Below are positions 29,201-36,311 of a stretch of DNA of 64,000 bases, one piece after another. The first letter of the stretch is position 1. Each line of letters starts with the position of its first letter. The stretch covers positions 3,779 through 67,778 of the forward strand of contig JAFGBH010000005.1 of the NCBI GenBank assembly GCA_016933215.1, in the 5' to 3' direction. Source of the stretch: Deltaproteobacteria bacterium. Its GTDB lineage: Bacteria; Desulfobacterota; Syntrophia; Syntrophales; UBA2210. The notes under the pieces are model-generated. The model was not told where the DNA came from. It was given only the letters and a program-made list of their open reading frames with translations, and did no database searches. Both the position numbers and the translations under genes were made by a program.

Positions 29201-29915
29201 CATTATCTTCGGCATCGCCTTTGCGACGATGCTGACGCTGGTGGTTGTGCCCGTTGCCTACACCATATTTGACGCCTTCGGCTATCATGTCGTGTCGGCG
29301 ATAAAGGGGGCACGGTGGAACGAGAAACCGGAGGGTCGGCATTTTCATGTATCAAACCGGCGGTGGGCCCGCACAAAGGTCACCCTGATTCTGCTCTTTC
29401 AGACCCTCGTGGTGGCAGGATTTTTGAGATTCACCGGCATCGCCCAGGGTCTTGTCGAGAGCTATCAGTCGGCAACGATCCAGGCACCAACCCTCCTGAA
29501 AGAGATCATCGAAGGAATCGTTGTATATATGTTCCTCTTTCTGCAGGCGGGGGGGCTTTTATTAGTGATCTTCATACCCGCCATCTTCGGCTTTGTCTAC
29601 CTCAAGTGTCTCAGAAACTGCGAGGGCTATTACCTGGCCATTATTGATGACGGTCTTGTCATCACCTCGCCGGTGGAGCGACTGAAAATCGATGCCCGCG
29701 ATATATCGGAAGTGAGGAAATCGAGTCTTACTGGATCTCTCATCGTCAAGGCAGGGCTCCGGCGCATTACCATCGGCGATATCACCGAAGAGGGAAAGGT
29801 GCCGGAAAAGACCTCACTTGCACGGTGGCTCGCCGCACCGGCACCGTCACGAAAGGACATCAGCCGGAACCGAGACGTCCTCTACAAGGCCCTCAATGGT
29901 CTCATGGGAGGATAG
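26235..29915 (+). CDS. RND (AcrB/HAE-type) efflux permease with an extra ~206-aa C-terminal TM + PH-like module
   Basis: 1226 aa. Canonical 12-TM RND body ends near ...VVPVAYTIFDAFGYHVV (about residue 1020). The remaining residues are not part of normal AcrB-length (~1030-1050 aa) proteins. Confidence 0.9.
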   Translation: MKFFRFIIQYARIFTLLVIILPVVAGVAAYLNLPKEGSPEIVVPVALVITPYVGASPLEVERLVTNPLEDALSDLSDMKEMRSYSAESVSIIVTEFDIEADMEQMLQKLRDKVAEARKELPDDVEDTEVEEINFTEIPIMLISIVGDMDPLRLKRLAEDAADELKLLPEVLDTEVAGGLTREINIYLDPVRINQFGLTILDVLGAVRTSDISIPGGTITVSDRKFTLRSFTEVKKVSDYAMIPLVERADRVVFLGDVADIVDGHDEEISYSRVKGEPSVTIAVTKRSGANILETSDKVKEKIKALETEFPNGVSAVVTADQSKYIKQSFQVMNNSAVTGLIIVIIVLCFAMGLRNSIITSFAIPLSLLMTFILLTIFGLTNNDMVRFSLVLCIGLLVDNAIIVVESAYYHYQLGKDRITAIVDGVSEVALPVVSATLTTISAFLPMLLMTGVTGKFMGFMPKTVSIALLSSLIVALIANPLILSRFMGRTVKTGRIVSPEEDLRRLKQIYKRGVVWALNHRIFIIVILTVGMLSVGAVFAFKVIKVEMFPDADFDYIYITVETPPGSDVDVTNDVSLRVEDIIMDNVPEAVRVVSTTGFKGQSAFEFSYGGTESNFAEITIELLENKEYRRPSHKEIQRRIRPLLDAVPGANIRFRPIEWGPPTGSPISVKLFGHDIETLNRISDDIKNILADIPGAIEIEDDFQSAPPELKVHVDRARAASLGVPLSSVSQTLRGATAGLKVKDFRDEQDVSKKYDLTVRFSPESRRSVELLDRVKIRSKSGNLVPLGSFATVNEGAGINRLRHIDRRRVVRITGQNRDRSAVEITKELQDRLVDYPMPKGYYVSYAGDIMETEESFASLRLAYLVAFILILTILVAQFNSFFQPFAIMAALPLSVLGAMAGLLLTGNNFSIMSFIGLVGLSGIVVNDSIVLVDRINRTRRKGKDIFEAIVEAGQHRLRPIISTTLTTIGGLITLTITDELWEGLGVVIIFGIAFATMLTLVVVPVAYTIFDAFGYHVVSAIKGARWNEKPEGRHFHVSNRRWARTKVTLILLFQTLVVAGFLRFTGIAQGLVESYQSATIQAPTLLKEIIEGIVVYMFLFLQAGGLLLVIFIPAIFGFVYLKCLRNCEGYYLAIIDDGLVITSPVERLKIDARDISEVRKSSLTGSLIVKAGLRRITIGDITEEGKVPEKTSLARWLAAPAPSRKDISRNRDVLYKALNGLMGG

Positions 29916-30297
29916 AGCGAAAGAGCGGAAGGATAATTATCCTCTCGGGCTCGACGAGGGGCTGGTCGTACCGGCATGAGAGACAGGAAATGCAGCCTTT
30001 CGAGAGAGAAGAATAAATTGGTGTGAAAAGCTGTTCCTTTTGCCCTCGCCTTCGTGTATAATAACCCTCAATTACAACCGGTTACTCTCTGAGTTACGCA
30101 TCTGATTCAGCTCACCCCTTGAGCCAGTATTCCATCCCTTCGGTCTCCCGCATACGGCCGGTTGTCAGAGCTCTTTCAATTTCTGCAGCAAATACTTTTC
30201 CGCCGGTTACCGTGTCACTTTTGCCCTGCACCCTACAGGCGGCAAGCTGTGCCGGAGACCGACCAAACTGATGCAACACTTTAAAAGGAGGACTATC

Positions 30298-30513
30298 ATG
30301 ACGGAACAAGTCTATAAGCAGGTCGAACTGACAGGCTCATCAAAGAAAGGATTTCAGGAGGCCATAGAGAACGCCATAACACAGGCTGCGAAAACCATCC
30401 ATGCGATGCGATGGTTTCAGGTCGTCGACACGCGCGGTCACATCCAGGACGGGAAGGTGGCCTACTGGCAGGTCACGATAAAGCTCGGATTTACCGTGGA
30501 TAATCCGGATTAA
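30298..30513 (+). CDS. Dodecin-family flavin-binding protein
   Basis: ORF track gives 30271..30513; the ATG at 30298 follows AAAGGAGG. MTEQVYKQVELTGSSKKGFQEAIENAITQAAKTIHAMRWFQVVDTRGHIQDGKVAYWQVTIKLGF matches the dodecin pattern. Confidence 0.8.
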   Translation: MTEQVYKQVELTGSSKKGFQEAIENAITQAAKTIHAMRWFQVVDTRGHIQDGKVAYWQVTIKLGFTVDNPD

Positions 30514-31056
30514 TTCCGAAGAGGATAGCAGAATAACTCATGAGATCAAGGATGTCGTGTGGTAATACCGTCAAGACTTCTTTGCCTGCTCGGATGTGCG
30601 TGCCCTGTGTCATAAATTTTACTTCCTCCTCGATTTTAGGAAGAGAGGGGGCAGGGCACAGCTATCCTGCTCGGTATGGTGTGAAACACATTTCACATTC
30701 CGAGTATGAAACATGTCATTGCATTTCCTGTCGGATTTCATAACATGAAGGACAAAGAAATTAAAAGTAACTCTATGATGTTCTTTGAGAACCGATAAAG
30801 GCAAACTGCTCGTGAGGGCAGGACGCAAAGCTATGGGTCTCCTTCGGGACGATTGCCAGGCCGCCGAAGTTTTCACGTTCCCTTCGTTTACCCCCCTTTT
30901 TTTAGTACATTTCTTTCGCTGATCCCCGATCAATTGTTCTCGTTTCCTGTGATCCTCTCAACCCATGGTAGGCGGCGTTTCTGCTTTTTCGCGAACCTTT
31001 GAGGTAATCGGTTAAAAAGTGATGAGTGTCACAAACATTTCGAGAGTAGGGGTGTT

Positions 31057-31593
31057 ATGGAAAAGCTCTGTATTGTGAAAAGGCGAAAAAGGCGAATTCC
31101 GGGATTTGAGCTTGTGCCCGATCTTGAGACTCAGGCGGAGATGGCATCCTGTTTTCGTGAAAATGTCTATGATCTTTTATCATACTCGGCGAACAATCAG
31201 TTCAATGTAAAGAAGGCGGCGGATAGTGCCCCGAGGCCGCTCCCGGAAACATCGGAGAATGTTGTCTCATTGCATTTGACCGCCGAGCAATGTGACTCCA
31301 TTCTCTCGGGCAACTTTGAAGGCTATTTAGCCGAAGGAGTATCGTACGCCATGAACCTTGAGACAAAGCATCATGAAGATGGTCATATCACGTTGAATCT
31401 TCATTTTGACACCTTGCGCAATCACAGTATGCTGAAGTTCGAGCATGTCTGTGGAATGCTCGGCGTCAGCAGGAGCTTCCTGAAGAGGCTCGTCAAAGCG
31501 AAAACGTTAAAGAGCTATAAGCTGGGACGACTGAGGCGTTTTTCCCTTGACGACGTCCTTGAATATCTTACAGAGAATGAAGATACGCAATGA
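31057..31593 (+). CDS. Hypothetical protein with C-terminal excisionase/MerR-type HTH (HTH_17-like)
   Basis: 178 aa. The C-terminus LKFEHVCGMLGVSRSFLKRLVKAKTLKSYKLGRLRRFSLDDVLEYL is the TIGR01764-type helix-turn-helix. The N-terminal ~125 aa are unrecognised. Confidence 0.6.
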   Translation: MEKLCIVKRRKRRIPGFELVPDLETQAEMASCFRENVYDLLSYSANNQFNVKKAADSAPRPLPETSENVVSLHLTAEQCDSILSGNFEGYLAEGVSYAMNLETKHHEDGHITLNLHFDTLRNHSMLKFEHVCGMLGVSRSFLKRLVKAKTLKSYKLGRLRRFSLDDVLEYLTENEDTQ

Positions 31594-31628
31594 TATGTCA
31601 AGTGAACTCATATGTCGAAGGCAATCCT

Positions 31629-31656
31629 TGTGTGTGTGTGTGTGTGTGTATATATA
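31629..31656. repeat. Dinucleotide microsatellite (TG)10(TA)4
   Basis: Read directly: tgtgtgtgtgtgtgtgtgtg tatatata. Lies 36 nt after the HTH gene stop and 42 nt before the ExeA-like ATG. Confidence 0.95.
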
Positions 31657-31697
31657 TGTCACACTGGATAGCGCAGTAAGTGAAGGAGGTGAGGACC

Positions 31698-33071
31698 ATG
31701 TATTATCACTATTGGGGTCTTGAAAAGCCGCCCTTTGATAACGTTCCTGATCCATCCATGTACGTCGACTGTCATATATCAATGGAAAACGCCATTGCAG
31801 AGAGCCTCTTTGCCATTGAAGAGGGGGGTGAATGTATTGCCGTCATCGTCGGTGATGTCGGTCTGGGGAAGACCTTGTCACTTCGAATGATTCTCGATGC
31901 TCTTGATCAGGAGAAATACAAAATAGCCCTTATCACCAATCCCGGTATTACCTTCATCCAGCTCCTGAAAGAGATAATCGGCCAGCTGACAGGAAAGCAG
32001 TGCGAGAGGAGCCGAAAACTGGATCTTCTGGAGATATTCAATAAGATCCTCTTCGAGACCATCGATGAAGGCAAGAAGGTGCTCATATTTATTGACGAGG
32101 CAAACGCAATCAGGCCCACGAATCTTGAAAGCCTGAGATTGCTCACCAATATGCAGGATGATCAGAGAAACCTTTTTTCCATGGTATTGGCGGGGCAGGT
32201 CGAGCTTGCGAGGCGGCTGGAACATCCCAGGAGGGCCAATCTGTTTCAGCGGATCGGGACCTATTGCATCATTGATAAAATTCAATCCGAGGAATTGGTG
32301 AAGGCCTATGTCAAGACCCGTTTGAAGCTCGCCGGAGGAACACGAAAAATTTTCACCGACGATACCTTTGCCCCCCTGTGGAAATATTCTGAGTATGGCG
32401 TTCCGCGTCTTATCAATAAGATCTGCAAGCTTTGCCTAAAGGCAGGTGAGACGAACGGGTTCGACGTCATCGATGGAAAGGCGGTTGAAGAAATCGGGCA
32501 CCGGTTTGAAAAGGTGACCGGTCCCGCCGTTCAAAAGAGAAAACCGCGGAAACGGTCGGTTGAACCCGCGGTCCAAAATCGTATTCACGACGAGGGCGTC
32601 GTTCTCTCCTATAAAAAAGGTGACGACGATGCGGGTAAGGATCGCCCTGAGAAAGCTGCTGCCGAAGCGGGCAGAAAGAAGGAAGCGCAAGGGGCTCTGA
32701 AGAGCGCTGTTGCCCTCGTTGCGAAGGGAGAGGAATCGGGTAAAGGGTCGAAGTCCCCCCCCAAAGCGGTGGGTACACAACCGGAAGTCGATACCGGCGA
32801 TACACCCCCGTCTCCCGCTACGCAACCGATGAAGGTAACCATCGGCGGCAGAAGTATTACCATCACTATCCCCTTTGATGTTACCGAACGGGCACAGAGG
32901 TCGAGCGGAGAGTACCGACTGAAGCTTGCAGGGGTTCTTGCGGCAGAGGCGCTGAAACAGAACCCGCAGCTGGTGGCATCTCATCTTGCTGACCCCGTGA
33001 ACATCTGGGGGGAACTCAGGGAGTCCTTTCTCGCTCTCTTCGGCAGCGAGAAAAGGGCCAATGTGATGTAG
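31698..33071 (+). CDS. ExeA/MshM-like AAA ATPase (AAA_22) with low-complexity linker and unknown C-terminal domain
   Basis: ORF track gives 31680..33071 (GTG); the ATG at 31698 follows GAAGGAGGTGAGG. MYYHYWGLEKPPFDNVPDPSMYV...VIVGDVGLGKT(Walker A)...VLIFIDEAN(Walker B) matches the ExeA family. Residues ~280-390 are Lys/Ala/Glu/Pro-rich. Confidence 0.8.
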   Translation: MYYHYWGLEKPPFDNVPDPSMYVDCHISMENAIAESLFAIEEGGECIAVIVGDVGLGKTLSLRMILDALDQEKYKIALITNPGITFIQLLKEIIGQLTGKQCERSRKLDLLEIFNKILFETIDEGKKVLIFIDEANAIRPTNLESLRLLTNMQDDQRNLFSMVLAGQVELARRLEHPRRANLFQRIGTYCIIDKIQSEELVKAYVKTRLKLAGGTRKIFTDDTFAPLWKYSEYGVPRLINKICKLCLKAGETNGFDVIDGKAVEEIGHRFEKVTGPAVQKRKPRKRSVEPAVQNRIHDEGVVLSYKKGDDDAGKDRPEKAAAEAGRKKEAQGALKSAVALVAKGEESGKGSKSPPKAVGTQPEVDTGDTPPSPATQPMKVTIGGRSITITIPFDVTERAQRSSGEYRLKLAGVLAAEALKQNPQLVASHLADPVNIWGELRESFLALFGSEKRANVM

Positions 33072-33113
33072 AATGCCGGTGGAGAGTGCGTGATTGTCAG
33101 GAGGCGGTAAGCA

Positions 33114-33863
33114 ATGGGGAAAAGAGATCAGGCGTCTCAATGGTTTAAGAAGGGCTGTCACTATGACAGCCTTGAGCCGGATTCCGACAGGGCCGTGGAG
33201 GCCTATCGAGAAAGCCTCGCCTGTGACGAAACATATACCGATGCATACGTGAACCTCGGCTTCATCTTTTTGGGAAGAGGGGAGTATGATGAGGCGCTCC
33301 GATGCTTTGAAAAAGTCGTGAAACTGGAACCCGCCAATCCCGAAGCCTATAATAATCTGGGATATGCCTACGAGACAGCTGAGCGAACGGGAAGCGCCAA
33401 GATGATGTACCGGCGTGCCCTGGAACTGGATCCCGAAAATATTGAGGCAATGATCAATATCGCCCATGTCCTCGAGCTGGAGGGGGACTATCATGGCGCC
33501 GTCTCGGAGTATGAAAGGGCAATCAACAGCAACGCCGGTGCTGCCGCCCCCCACTTCTGCCTTGCCGTCTTATATGACCGGCATGATATGTTTGACGAAG
33601 CCATCGAGGAATATCACCATGTTCTGGAAATAGACGGCGGGTATCTCAAGGCAATCTTCAATCTGGGGAATGTCTATGTTCAGCTCGGCGATTACGACCG
33701 CGCCATCGAGGCCTACGAACGGGTCTTGCAACTGGATCCCGACTGTGTCGATGCCTGGAGTAGCCTCGGCTCCATCAGCGAAGAACCCAGGGCGCGGGAA
33801 AAAGCACGGGCGGTCTTTAAACAGTCCTTTCTATCCTACGCGAATACCTCTCTGTCCCAGTAA
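33114..33863 (+). CDS. Tetratricopeptide-repeat protein
   Basis: 249 aa. About 6 TPR units (AYVNLGFIFLGRGEYDEALRCFEKVVKLEPANPEAYNNLGYAY...). Confidence 0.85.
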   Translation: MGKRDQASQWFKKGCHYDSLEPDSDRAVEAYRESLACDETYTDAYVNLGFIFLGRGEYDEALRCFEKVVKLEPANPEAYNNLGYAYETAERTGSAKMMYRRALELDPENIEAMINIAHVLELEGDYHGAVSEYERAINSNAGAAAPHFCLAVLYDRHDMFDEAIEEYHHVLEIDGGYLKAIFNLGNVYVQLGDYDRAIEAYERVLQLDPDCVDAWSSLGSISEEPRAREKARAVFKQSFLSYANTSLSQ

Positions 33864-33897
33864 TCTTACCGATACGATTGTGCGAAGGTCTGATAAC

Positions 33898-35289
33898 TCA
33901 TGCCTGTTCGTGGCGTTCAAAGCCGGCATCGGAGCCTCGGGATTCCCCTTCCGCCTTTTTTAGAATGGAACGGGAATAGAAGAGGGTGACGAGCGCCGCC
34001 GCCCAGGTGATGAAAAAGATGCCCCACCAGATTCCGAGGAGTCCCCATCCGGCGACGCCGACGAGGAGATAAAAGACGATAACCGGTGCCGCCACCTGGC
34101 GGGCGAGACCGAGCCAGATCGCATACATCGGTCGCTTTACCCCTTGAAGTGCGGCCACGTTCACGAAGAGTATCACGTAGGCGAAAAAGACGAGAGAATC
34201 GATCCTGAGAAACACCTTCCCGATTTCGATGACGGACCCGTCGTCGGTGAAGACGTCCATGAGAGGGACGGCACCGGCGAAGACGGCAATCGTCCCGAAC
34301 ACCATGAGGACACCGCCGTAGGTGAGGGCGCGGTTCAGCGTTTCTCTGATGCGGTCGAAGAACCCCGCTCCATTGTTCTGGGCAACGATGGTGAGTGTCG
34401 CCACATTGAGGCCGATGGTGGGAAGGAGTATGATCTGCTCGACCCGGGTGGCGATACCGTAGGCAGCCACCGCCTCCTTCCCGAACTTGCTCACGAAGAA
34501 GGTGATGACGAAGATTCCGAGGGCAACGCTCATCATGCTGATACTGGCGGGGAAGCCCTGGCGGGCGATGTCCCTGAAGGGGCGGGCCTTCGGAAAAATC
34601 TCTTTCACATCCTTTCCTGCAATGAGGCGCGTCTTGTAAACCCTGAAGCCGAGATAGAGGCACCCCACAATCTGAACGAGCACCGTGGCGAGTGCAATCC
34701 CCGTGATTCCGAGGCGCGGGACGCCGAGACCCCCGTAGATAAACCAGGGGTCGAGAATTATGTTCATAAAAAACCCGATAATCAGGAAATTCCTGAAGGA
34801 TTTCGTGTCACCCAGGGCGGTGAGAATCGCGTTGAACATATAGGAGAGCATGAAAAAGACGGTCCCGATAAAGATGGTGTCCATATAGATGAGGCTGTCA
34901 GACAGGTAGGCATCGGAGGCGCCGAGGAGTGTAAAGAGAACAGGTGCCGTCAGACAGCCGATGAGGGTAATCGCGATTGCCGTCAGAACGCCGAAGGTAA
35001 TCCCCTGGATGGCGATGAGCCTGGCTTCCGTTCTGTTTCCCGCGCCGAGAGCGTTGGCGATGAGGGCCGTCGTCCCCGTCGATACGCCGACCCCCATGGC
35101 GATGATGATGAAAAAGACGGGGAGTGAGAGCGAAAGGGCGGCCACGACCTGTGTCGATATGAGGCCGCCGAAGAAGGTATCCACCACGTTGAACATGGTG
35201 TTGAAGAAATACCCAACCGAGGCGGGGATGGCGATCCGCCGGATCAGCGCCGGTACCGGTTCCGTGGTGAGGTCTCTATATCTGTTCAT
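33898..35289 (-). CDS. MATE-family efflux transporter
   Basis: ORF track gives 33898..35319; I prefer the internal start MNRYRDLTTEPVPALIRRIAIPASVGYFFNTMFNVVDTFFGG (classic MATE N-terminus). 12 TM. Confidence 0.85.
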   Translation of the reverse strand: MNRYRDLTTEPVPALIRRIAIPASVGYFFNTMFNVVDTFFGGLISTQVVAALSLSLPVFFIIIAMGVGVSTGTTALIANALGAGNRTEARLIAIQGITFGVLTAIAITLIGCLTAPVLFTLLGASDAYLSDSLIYMDTIFIGTVFFMLSYMFNAILTALGDTKSFRNFLIIGFFMNIILDPWFIYGGLGVPRLGITGIALATVLVQIVGCLYLGFRVYKTRLIAGKDVKEIFPKARPFRDIARQGFPASISMMSVALGIFVITFFVSKFGKEAVAAYGIATRVEQIILLPTIGLNVATLTIVAQNNGAGFFDRIRETLNRALTYGGVLMVFGTIAVFAGAVPLMDVFTDDGSVIEIGKVFLRIDSLVFFAYVILFVNVAALQGVKRPMYAIWLGLARQVAAPVIVFYLLVGVAGWGLLGIWWGIFFITWAAALVTLFYSRSILKKAEGESRGSDAGFERHEQA

Positions 35290-35367
35290 CTCTCGGGCCC
35301 GCATCAGGAAAAATGACAAAATGGAAAGGGTTCCATTTTATGGTTTCTGCCGGTGAGACGATTCGAG

Positions 35368-35478
35368 GTGAATCTCCCCGGTAAGGAAGCCGAAGGCGAA
35401 TAATAGATTCCTTTTATAGTGCGCCCCTTGAACCTGCCTCCAAAGCGGGGCTTGCGGGTGCGCCCCCGGTCAATTGCT
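35368..35478 (+). repeat. GC-rich palindromic repeat, composite copy B2
   Basis: gtgaatctccccggtaaggaag...tatagtgcgccccttgaacctgcctccaaagcggggcttgcgggtgcgcccccggtcaattgctt. Shares the whole architecture with 58087-58200. Confidence 0.8.
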
Positions 35479-35502
35479 TTTCTGGGCGCGCGGGGGCCCC
35501 GC

Positions 35503-36114
35503 CTAGTTATTGCCGGTAGCAGAAGCCTCTGCGTTCGTCCTGGGCGGAAGCGGTCGTTGTGCCCTGAGCTCCTTCACCTCTCTGAAATCGCCCGTTGCAC
35601 GCGCCCGCTCTTCCGCCTCATCCATGAGGAGCTTCCACTCGCGCCTGGCCTCTCGATAGGCAGTGAGCTTCTCCCTGTATGCTTTACGGGAGAGAACCCG
35701 CGCTTCGCGCGCGGCCTTTTGTTCATGGTAACGGTTCAGTGCCTCCGGTCCCCGTTCGCGGGCGCTGGCCTCTTTTTCTTCTTCCATCCAGGCCTTGAAC
35801 TCCTTGCTCGACATTTGTATGTCAGAGGCGGCCTCTTCGGCAAGGCGTTTGCCCTCTCCCGATAGACCCTCCTCTCCGGATGCGGTCCCTTCCTGACGCA
35901 GGCCGGCGCTTACCGTTTCTTTTTGCTTGTCCATGCTATCTGTCGAAGGGGAAGGGGCGTCTGTCGTTTCACCGGGAGAGGCCGCCGGTGCGTGAACGGC
36001 ACTCCTGTCCGTTTCACGAAACGTTTCTCCCCTTTCATGACCATACCAGTAAAAGGCGAAAAGGCTGACGAGGATCAGCACGCCTCCGGCGACGATGAAA
36101 TGAATGGTACGCAT
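35503..36114 (-). CDS. Membrane-anchored hypothetical protein, charged coiled-coil C-terminal half
   Basis: ORF track gives 35503..36174; the ATG at 36114 (MRTIHFIVAGGVLILVSLFAFYWY) follows AGGAGGGA. No domain recognised. Confidence 0.55.
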   Translation of the reverse strand: MRTIHFIVAGGVLILVSLFAFYWYGHERGETFRETDRSAVHAPAASPGETTDAPSPSTDSMDKQKETVSAGLRQEGTASGEEGLSGEGKRLAEEAASDIQMSSKEFKAWMEEEKEASARERGPEALNRYHEQKAAREARVLSRKAYREKLTAYREARREWKLLMDEAEERARATGDFREVKELRAQRPLPPRTNAEASATGNN

Positions 36115-36256
36115 GATCCCTCCTGTTTCAACAAATAAGGTATAGCGAGGCGGTTTCTTCCTGTCAAATGGCAAATGACGGTAATAATGCAGGAACCCCC
36201 CGCAGGCCTGGTTGCTGTAAAAGCGGTGTCATTCATTTGAACCGCACCCATAACAA

Positions 36257-36289
36257 TCAAAAAATAGGGGGCGTGGAAACGCCCCCTAT
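36257..36289 (-). terminator. Rho-independent terminator of the Gly-rich lipoprotein gene
   Basis: The minus strand reads atagggggcg-tttcca-cgccccctat followed by TTTTTT. 10-bp perfect stem, about 22 nt after the stop at 36312. Confidence 0.8.
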
Positions 36290-36311
36290 TGCATGGTGAA
36301 AACTGTCTGGA

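Noticed and set aside
26483-29348. Multiple 85-258-aa antisense or off-frame ORFs inside the RND permease gene
   Set aside because: They all overlap the 1226-aa RND frame, which has clear family features. Their translations are Ser/Arg- or Asp/Gly/His-rich.
30112-30309. 65-aa minus-strand ORF overlapping the dodecin RBS and start
   Set aside because: It has no RBS, overlaps the start region of a well-supported gene, and no family is recognisable.
30491-30613. 40-aa minus-strand ORF (MTQGTHIRAGKEVLTVLPHDILDLMSYSAILFGINPDYPR) downstream of a GGAGGA
   Set aside because: The SD-ATG spacing is long (about 11 nt). It would overlap the dodecin 3' end by 23 nt, and I can see no supporting conservation. 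The GGAGGA is more simply part of a hairpin on the plus strand.
32436-33554. 372-aa minus-strand ORF antisense to the ExeA-like and TPR genes
   Set aside because: It spans two well-supported plus-strand genes and their intergenic gap. It has low-complexity Gly/Arg/Leu/Pro composition and no recognisable domain.
33917-35127. 248-aa and 327-aa alternative-frame ORFs within the MATE gene
   Set aside because: Arg/Pro/Gly/His- or Asp/Glu/Gly-rich translations are typical of off-frame reading of a hydrophobic membrane-protein gene. The MATE frame is unambiguous.
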